Shown piece after piece: positions 58,659 to 64,000 of a stretch of 64,000 nucleotides of DNA. How positions within the stretch are numbered: the stretch's first letter is position 1; the number at the start of each line of letters is the position of its first letter. Source of the DNA: Candidatus Altiarchaeota archaeon (lineage in GTDB: Archaea; Altiarchaeota; Altiarchaeia; IMC4; QMZM01); NCBI GenBank assembly GCA_038891095.1, contig JAWAEV010000001.1, positions 260,468 through 324,467 on the forward strand, in the 5' to 3' direction. The translations under genes were made by a program, and so were the position numbers. The notes under the pieces are model-generated. The model had not been told where the DNA came from. It saw nothing but the letters and a program-made list of their open reading frames with translations, and ran no database searches.

Positions 58659-59981
58659 ATGAAAAAGAAGGTTTTAATTTTAGGAGCTGCTGGAATGGAT
58701 TACCATGTGTTTAATACTGTTTTTCGTGATAATCCTAACTATGAAGTTGTTGGATTTACAATGGCTGCAGAGCAAAATCTTGGAACTGTTGGAGAGCTGA
58801 GAAATTATCCAAAAGAGTTAGCTGGTAAATTATATCCTAATGGAATACCCACTTATAGAGAGGAGGATATGGAGAAAGTTATAAAAGAAAAAAATGTAGA
58901 TATGGTTGTGCTTGCTTATTCTGATATTTCTCATAACTATGTTATGCATTTAGCTTCAAGGGCATTAGCAAGTGGTTCTGACTTTAAGTTAATTGGCACA
59001 AAACATGCAATGCTAAAATCAAAAAAGCCCATTGTCGCAGTTTGTGCTGTTCGTACAGGTTGTGGTAAAAGCCAATTTTCACAAAAAATTACTGAAATTT
59101 TAAAGAAAGAATTTGGTAAGAAGGTTGTTGCCATTAGAGAGCCAATGCCGTATGGAAATTTAATTGAACAGAAATGTATGAGATTTTCATCTTATGAAGA
59201 TTTAGATAAGTATAAATGCACAATTGAAGAGAGAGAAGAATATGAGGCATATATTGAAAAAGGCTTAACAATTTATAGTGGAGTTGACTATGGAGAAATT
59301 TTGAAAGAAGCTGAAAAAGAAGCTGAAATTATTGTTTGGGATGGTGGTAATAATGAAATTTCATTTTATGTTCCAAATTTACAGATTGTAATTGCTGATC
59401 CACATCGCGCAGGACATGAGTTGCTTTATCACCCTGGTGAAGTAAATGCAAGAATTGCAAATGTTGTTATTATAAACAAAGTTAATACTGCTAAAAAAGA
59501 GAATGTTAAAATTGTTAAGGAGAATATAAGAAAGATTAATCCAAGAGCTGAAATTATTGAGGCTTCTTCTGTTGTGAAAGTAGAACAACCTGAGAAGGTA
59601 AAAGGTAAAAAAGTTCTGGTTATTGAGGATGGGCCAACTTTAACTCATGGAGATATGCCCTATGGAGCAGCAACAGTTGCAGCAAGAGAACTTAACTGCG
59701 AGATAGTTGATCCAAGAGAAAATGCAGTTGGCTCAATAAAAGAAACTTATAAAAATTTCCCACATCTTGATAAGATATTACCAGCAATGGGGTATAGCAA
59801 AGAGCAAATGAAAGAGCTTGAAGATACCATAAATAAAACTGAATGTGATTTTGTTCTTGTTGGAACTCCAATAAATTTATCAAAATTACTTAAGATTAAT
59901 AAACCTGCTGTAAGAGTTAGGTATGGCCCAGATGAAAAAACAGTAGATAGATTGAGAGAAATTCTTAAAAGAGTCATATAG
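58659..59981 (+). CDS. cDPG-synthetase-like P-loop protein, probable arginine synthetase (ArcE family)
   Basis: ILGAAG.D.H.FN..FRDNP, AVRTGCGKSQ, CTIEEREEYE, WDGGNN and EDGPTLTHG motifs. Confidence 0.78.
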   Translation: MKKKVLILGAAGMDYHVFNTVFRDNPNYEVVGFTMAAEQNLGTVGELRNYPKELAGKLYPNGIPTYREEDMEKVIKEKNVDMVVLAYSDISHNYVMHLASRALASGSDFKLIGTKHAMLKSKKPIVAVCAVRTGCGKSQFSQKITEILKKEFGKKVVAIREPMPYGNLIEQKCMRFSSYEDLDKYKCTIEEREEYEAYIEKGLTIYSGVDYGEILKEAEKEAEIIVWDGGNNEISFYVPNLQIVIADPHRAGHELLYHPGEVNARIANVVIINKVNTAKKENVKIVKENIRKINPRAEIIEASSVVKVEQPEKVKGKKVLVIEDGPTLTHGDMPYGAATVAARELNCEIVDPRENAVGSIKETYKNFPHLDKILPAMGYSKEQMKELEDTINKTECDFVLVGTPINLSKLLKINKPAVRVRYGPDEKTVDRLREILKRVI

Positions 59982-60079
59982 CTGTAATTTATATACATCC
60001 AAACCCATTAATATTATACACTGAAGTTAATGCTGAAAATATAACTAAAAATTCTTTATTTTAAATGAGGTGACTCCTT

Positions 60080-60625
60080 ATGCTCAAGAAAAAAAGCAAG
60101 AAAGAGGATCTAATGCACTTATCAAAAGTTGATGAAAAATCTAAAGAGAAAACTGATGAAAAAAATTTGGAGGAAAAGTTAAAGGAGTGTGAAGATCAGC
60201 TACTTAGACTAAGGGCAGAATTTGAAAATTATAAAAAACAGCTTGATACACAATACATGGAAAATGTAAAAAATGCAAATGCTTCCCTAATAAAAGAAAT
60301 TTTGCCAGTTATTGATGAATTTGAAATTGCAATTGAAAATATAAGGAAAAAGGATGAAAAAACCGCAGAGGGTATTGAATTGATCTACAAAAAAATGATG
60401 AAAATTCTCGAGCAAAATGGTTTAAAAGCAATTGACTCTGTTGGAAAAAAATTTGATCCTTACTACCATGAGGTATTAATGAATGAAAATTCAGAAAAGG
60501 AAGATGGCATAATTCTTGAGGAATTCCAGAAAGGTTATCTATTTAATGGAAAAGTTATAAGACATTCTAAGGTTAAAATTTCTTGTCATATAGAGGATCA
60601 AAAAGGAGGTAATAAAAATGGCTGA
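60080..60625 (+). CDS. grpE: Nucleotide exchange factor GrpE
   Basis: [18 protein letters not shown] and QKGY...VIR motifs. Confidence 0.95.
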   Translation: MLKKKSKKEDLMHLSKVDEKSKEKTDEKNLEEKLKECEDQLLRLRAEFENYKKQLDTQYMENVKNANASLIKEILPVIDEFEIAIENIRKKDEKTAEGIELIYKKMMKILEQNGLKAIDSVGKKFDPYYHEVLMNENSEKEDGIILEEFQKGYLFNGKVIRHSKVKISCHIEDQKGGNKNG

Positions 60626-62483
60626 AAAAATTAAAAAAGAAAAGATTATTGGTATCGATTTAGGGACATCGAACTCTCAAGCAGCAGTTATTTTAGGTGG
60701 AAAACCAACGATAATACCATCAGCTGAAGGAGCAACTTATGCTGGGAAAATGTTTCCTTCTGTTGTTGCATTTACAAAAGATGGTCAAATTTTAGTTGGT
60801 GAACCAGCGAGAAGACAAGCAGTTAGTAATCCTGAAGGCACTGTAACTGAAGCAAAAAGAAAGATGGGTCAGGATTACAAATACAAAATTTTTGGTAAAG
60901 AGTATACACCACAACAAATTTCTGCATTTATTCTACAAAAGATAAAAACTGATGCTGAGACATTTCTTGGAGAAAAAATTAGAAAAGCAGTAATAACAGT
61001 TCCTGCATATTTCAATGACAACCAAAGGCAAGCAACAAAAGATGCTGGAGCAATAGCTGGCTTGGAGGTTGTTCGTATCATCAACGAGCCTACTGCTGCA
61101 TCTCTTGCATATGGAATTGATAAAGCTGAAGAAGAACATAAAATTCTTGTTTTTGATTTAGGTGGTGGTACACTTGATGTAACAATTCTTGAGTTTGGGA
61201 ATGGTGTTTTTGAAGTGAAAGCAACTTCTGGGGATACACAATTAGGTGGCACAGATATGGATAGAGTACTCATGAAATGGCTAACAAGTGAATTTGAAAA
61301 AGAAACAGGAATTGATCTGAGTAAGGATAAAGTTGCAATTCAGCGTGTTAAAGAAGCTGTTGAAAAAGCAAAAATAGAGTTATCAACTGTTATGGAAACT
61401 GAGATAAATTTACCATATATAACTGCTGATGCTTCTGGGCCAAAACACTTAATTAAGAAACTAACAAGAGCAAAATTAGAGGAGCTGGTAATGCCAATTA
61501 TCGAACGCTGCAAAAAACCAATGGAACAAGCATTGAAAGATGCAAAATTAAGTAAGGAGGAAATAACTAAGGTAATTCTTGTAGGAGGTCCAACAAGAAT
61601 GCCAATAGTTCAAAAATTTGTTGAGGATTTTATTGGCAAGAAAGTTGAAAGAGGGGTTGATCCAATGGAATGTGTTGCTATTGGAGCTGCAATTCAGGGT
61701 GGTGTTCTTGCAGGTGAAGTTAAAGATATAGTTCTTTTAGATGTCACACCTTTAACATTAGGTGTTGAAACCCTAGGTGGAATTGCAACTCCTTTAATTC
61801 CAAGGAATACGACCATACCAACAAGAAAATCCCAAATTTTTACAACTGCTGAAGATTTTCAAACAGCAGTTACAATCCATGTCGTTCAAGGTGAAAGACC
61901 TCTAGCTAAGGATAATACATCCTTAGGACAATTTAATTTAGTTGGGATTCCACCAGCTCCAAGAGGTGTTCCACAAATAGAAGTAACATTTGATATTGAT
62001 GCGAATGGAATTTTGAATGTAACTGCAAAGGATTTAGGAACTGGAAAAGAGCAAAAGATAACTATAACAGCATCGACAAAACTTTCAAAAGATGAAATAG
62101 AAAGGATGATAAAAGAGGCAGAAAAATATGCTGAAGAGGACAGGAAGAGAAAGGAGATAATTGAAACTAAAAATAATGCAGAGTCATTAATTTATGCAAC
62201 AGAGAAGACACTATCAGAATTTTCAGATAAAATTTCTAAAGAACAAAAAGAAAGCATAAATGAGAGGATTAAAGAGCTGAAGGATGCTATCTCTAAGGAC
62301 AATATAGGTGAGATAAAGAAGAAAATGGATGAATTAAGTAAAGAGGTGCAAAGAGTTGGAGCAAGTATATATCAACAAGTACAACAAACAAAAGAATCAC
62401 AAAAACAAGAAGTAGATGATGGAAAAGAAAAAGAAAAAAATGTTGTTGATGCAGAATATGAAGTTGAAGATGAAAAAAAGTAA
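60618..62483 (+). CDS. dnaK: Chaperone DnaK
   Basis: [23 protein letters not shown] and [12 protein letters not shown] motifs. Confidence 0.98.
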   Translation: MAEKIKKEKIIGIDLGTSNSQAAVILGGKPTIIPSAEGATYAGKMFPSVVAFTKDGQILVGEPARRQAVSNPEGTVTEAKRKMGQDYKYKIFGKEYTPQQISAFILQKIKTDAETFLGEKIRKAVITVPAYFNDNQRQATKDAGAIAGLEVVRIINEPTAASLAYGIDKAEEEHKILVFDLGGGTLDVTILEFGNGVFEVKATSGDTQLGGTDMDRVLMKWLTSEFEKETGIDLSKDKVAIQRVKEAVEKAKIELSTVMETEINLPYITADASGPKHLIKKLTRAKLEELVMPIIERCKKPMEQALKDAKLSKEEITKVILVGGPTRMPIVQKFVEDFIGKKVERGVDPMECVAIGAAIQGGVLAGEVKDIVLLDVTPLTLGVETLGGIATPLIPRNTTIPTRKSQIFTTAEDFQTAVTIHVVQGERPLAKDNTSLGQFNLVGIPPAPRGVPQIEVTFDIDANGILNVTAKDLGTGKEQKITITASTKLSKDEIERMIKEAEKYAEEDRKRKEIIETKNNAESLIYATEKTLSEFSDKISKEQKESINERIKELKDAISKDNIGEIKKKMDELSKEVQRVGASIYQQVQQTKESQKQEVDDGKEKEKNVVDAEYEVEDEKK

Positions 62484-62494
62484 AAATTTGAAGA

Positions 62495-63622
62495 ATGGTA
62501 AAAAGGGATTACTATGAAATTCTTGGAGTTAGGAGAAATGCAACCACTGATGAAATAAAAAAAGCTTATAGAGAACTTGCAAAGAAGTATCATCCTGATG
62601 TTAACAAAAATCCTGATGCTGAGGAAAAATTTAAAGAAATTTCTGAAGCTTATGAGGTTCTTTCTGATGAAAATAAAAGAAGGCAATATGATATTTATGG
62701 TCATTCTGTTACAGAAGATTTCTTTGGCAAGGGTGGATTTTCATGGGAAAATTTCACACATTTTTCTGATATTGAAGATATCTTTGGTGAGGATATTTTT
62801 GATATGTTCTTTGGAGGTTTTGGAAGTAGATTTAAGAGAGATAGCAAAAGAAAAGGTAGAGATTTAAGATATGACTTAGAGATAAGTCTTGAAGATGCCG
62901 CCTCTGGAGTAAAAACTGAGATAAATGTTCCAAGAACTGAAATTTGTAAAGCATGTAATGGCACAGGTGCAAGTTCTTTAGAAAAGATAAAAACATGTCC
63001 AAAATGTAATGGAACTGGCCAAGAAAAACATGAAAGAAGAACGCCATTTGGATTTTTTTCATCAATAACTCTATGTAATAGATGTGGTGGTGAAGGTAAA
63101 ATAATTGAAGAAGCTTGTAAAATTTGTGATGGCTCAGGAAGAGTGCAAAAAACAAGAAAAATAATGGTAAAAATTCCTGCAGGTGTTGATTCTGGCTCAA
63201 GATTGAGAATTCCAAATGAAGGCGAGCCCGGTTATAAAGGCGGACCAAATGGTGATTTATACATTGTAATTCATGTAATGCCACATGAATTTTTCAAAAG
63301 GGATAATGATAACTTAATATGTGAAGTGCCTTTGACATTCTCGCAAGCAGCACTTGGGGATGAAATAGAGGTACCAACACTAAAGAAAAAAATTAAGGTT
63401 AAAATTCCATCAGGCACACAAACAGGGACAATTTTTAGGTTAAGAGGCGAAGGAATGCCAAATATTGAAACTAAAGAAAAAGGAGATTTACTTGTCAAGG
63501 TAAGGGTTGAAACACCAAGAAAACTTAGCAAAGAAGAGAGAGAAATCTTCGAAAGACTAAGAGAAATTGAGAAAAAAAGTAGAAAAGATTTTTTCAGTAA
63601 ATTTAAAGAGAAATTTTTTTAA
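62495..63622 (+). CDS. dnaJ: Chaperone DnaJ
   Basis: J domain HPD and four CxxCxGxG repeats. Confidence 0.98.
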   Translation: MVKRDYYEILGVRRNATTDEIKKAYRELAKKYHPDVNKNPDAEEKFKEISEAYEVLSDENKRRQYDIYGHSVTEDFFGKGGFSWENFTHFSDIEDIFGEDIFDMFFGGFGSRFKRDSKRKGRDLRYDLEISLEDAASGVKTEINVPRTEICKACNGTGASSLEKIKTCPKCNGTGQEKHERRTPFGFFSSITLCNRCGGEGKIIEEACKICDGSGRVQKTRKIMVKIPAGVDSGSRLRIPNEGEPGYKGGPNGDLYIVIHVMPHEFFKRDNDNLICEVPLTFSQAALGDEIEVPTLKKKIKVKIPSGTQTGTIFRLRGEGMPNIETKEKGDLLVKVRVETPRKLSKEEREIFERLREIEKKSRKDFFSKFKEKFF

Positions 63623-63651
63623 CTTTTAACTTTAAAATTTAATTTTTTTAT

Positions 63652-63816
63652 ATGCTAAAACATCCAAGTATAAGGGGGGAGATAGAAAAAGACAACACTG
63701 ACAGAATTATTCTGATTACTGCAGCGATTTTGATATTTTTTGTTTTCTTAATATGGTTTTTCTTTGGCTACAAATATGTTTGGATTCCATCAGAGCAAAG
63801 CTTCAGTTCAATTTAG
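63652..63816 (+). CDS. Possible small single-TM protein
   Basis: Manual translation MLKHPSIRGEIEKDNTDRIILITAAILIFFVFLIWFFFGYKYVWIPSEQSFSSI. Confidence 0.5.
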   Translation: MLKHPSIRGEIEKDNTDRIILITAAILIFFVFLIWFFFGYKYVWIPSEQSFSSI

Positions 63817-64000
63817 TTTTTTTAGTAAATTCGAGACAAATGAAATTCCCTCATTAAGGATAGCCTCTCCTTTTTTTGTTATTACATAGTATCGACGAGG
63901 CCTTCCACTCTTGTCATTTAGCTTTGATGTTACATATCCGGAGCTTTGTAATCTGTATAGAACAACATAAGAAGAAATTTTTCCAATTTTAAAGCCAAAT
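63808..64000 (-). CDS. PadR family transcriptional regulator, 5' part outside the window
   Basis: Manual translation ..SYVVLYRLQSSGYV..GRPRRYYVITKKGEAIL. Confidence 0.8.
   Translation of the reverse strand, partial: FGFKIGKISSYVVLYRLQSSGYVTSKLNDKSGRPRRYYVITKKGEAILNEGISFVSNLLKKLN

Overview
An AT-rich, gene-dense archaeal chromosomal segment. Archaeal ribosomal proteins, Rpo7/Spt4/Spt5, aIF2-alpha, FEN1, NurA, aTrm56, intron-containing tRNAs and 'EYLMTYGWAIL'-type pilins suggest a DPANN/Altiarchaeota-like organism, but the taxonomy is inferred. Most of the window is housekeeping: translation and transcription genes, the ftsZ-secE-spt5-L11-L1-L10 cluster, porGDAB, ppsA, thiC, geranylgeranyl reductase, a Tes-like radical SAM enzyme, oapABC, grpE-dnaK-dnaJ, two MacB/COG1361 ABC modules and three tRNAs (Lys and Phe with introns, Pro without). 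Two accessory insertions stand out. The first (~34.5-38.6 kb) is an integron-like gene-cassette array with attC-like sites and no integrase in the window (CALIN-like), lying between lsrF and a Zn-dehydrogenase gene. The second (~49.5-51.6 kb) is an islet splitting rpl1 from the uL10 (P0) gene. It carries a tiny peptide ORF with a strong RBS, a perfect hairpin, a radical SAM/SPASM enzyme and a secreted, bacterial-looking RlpA/3D-like protein. Several genuine small genes missing from the ORF track were recovered by manual translation. All family assignments come from motif recognition by eye; no database searches were run.
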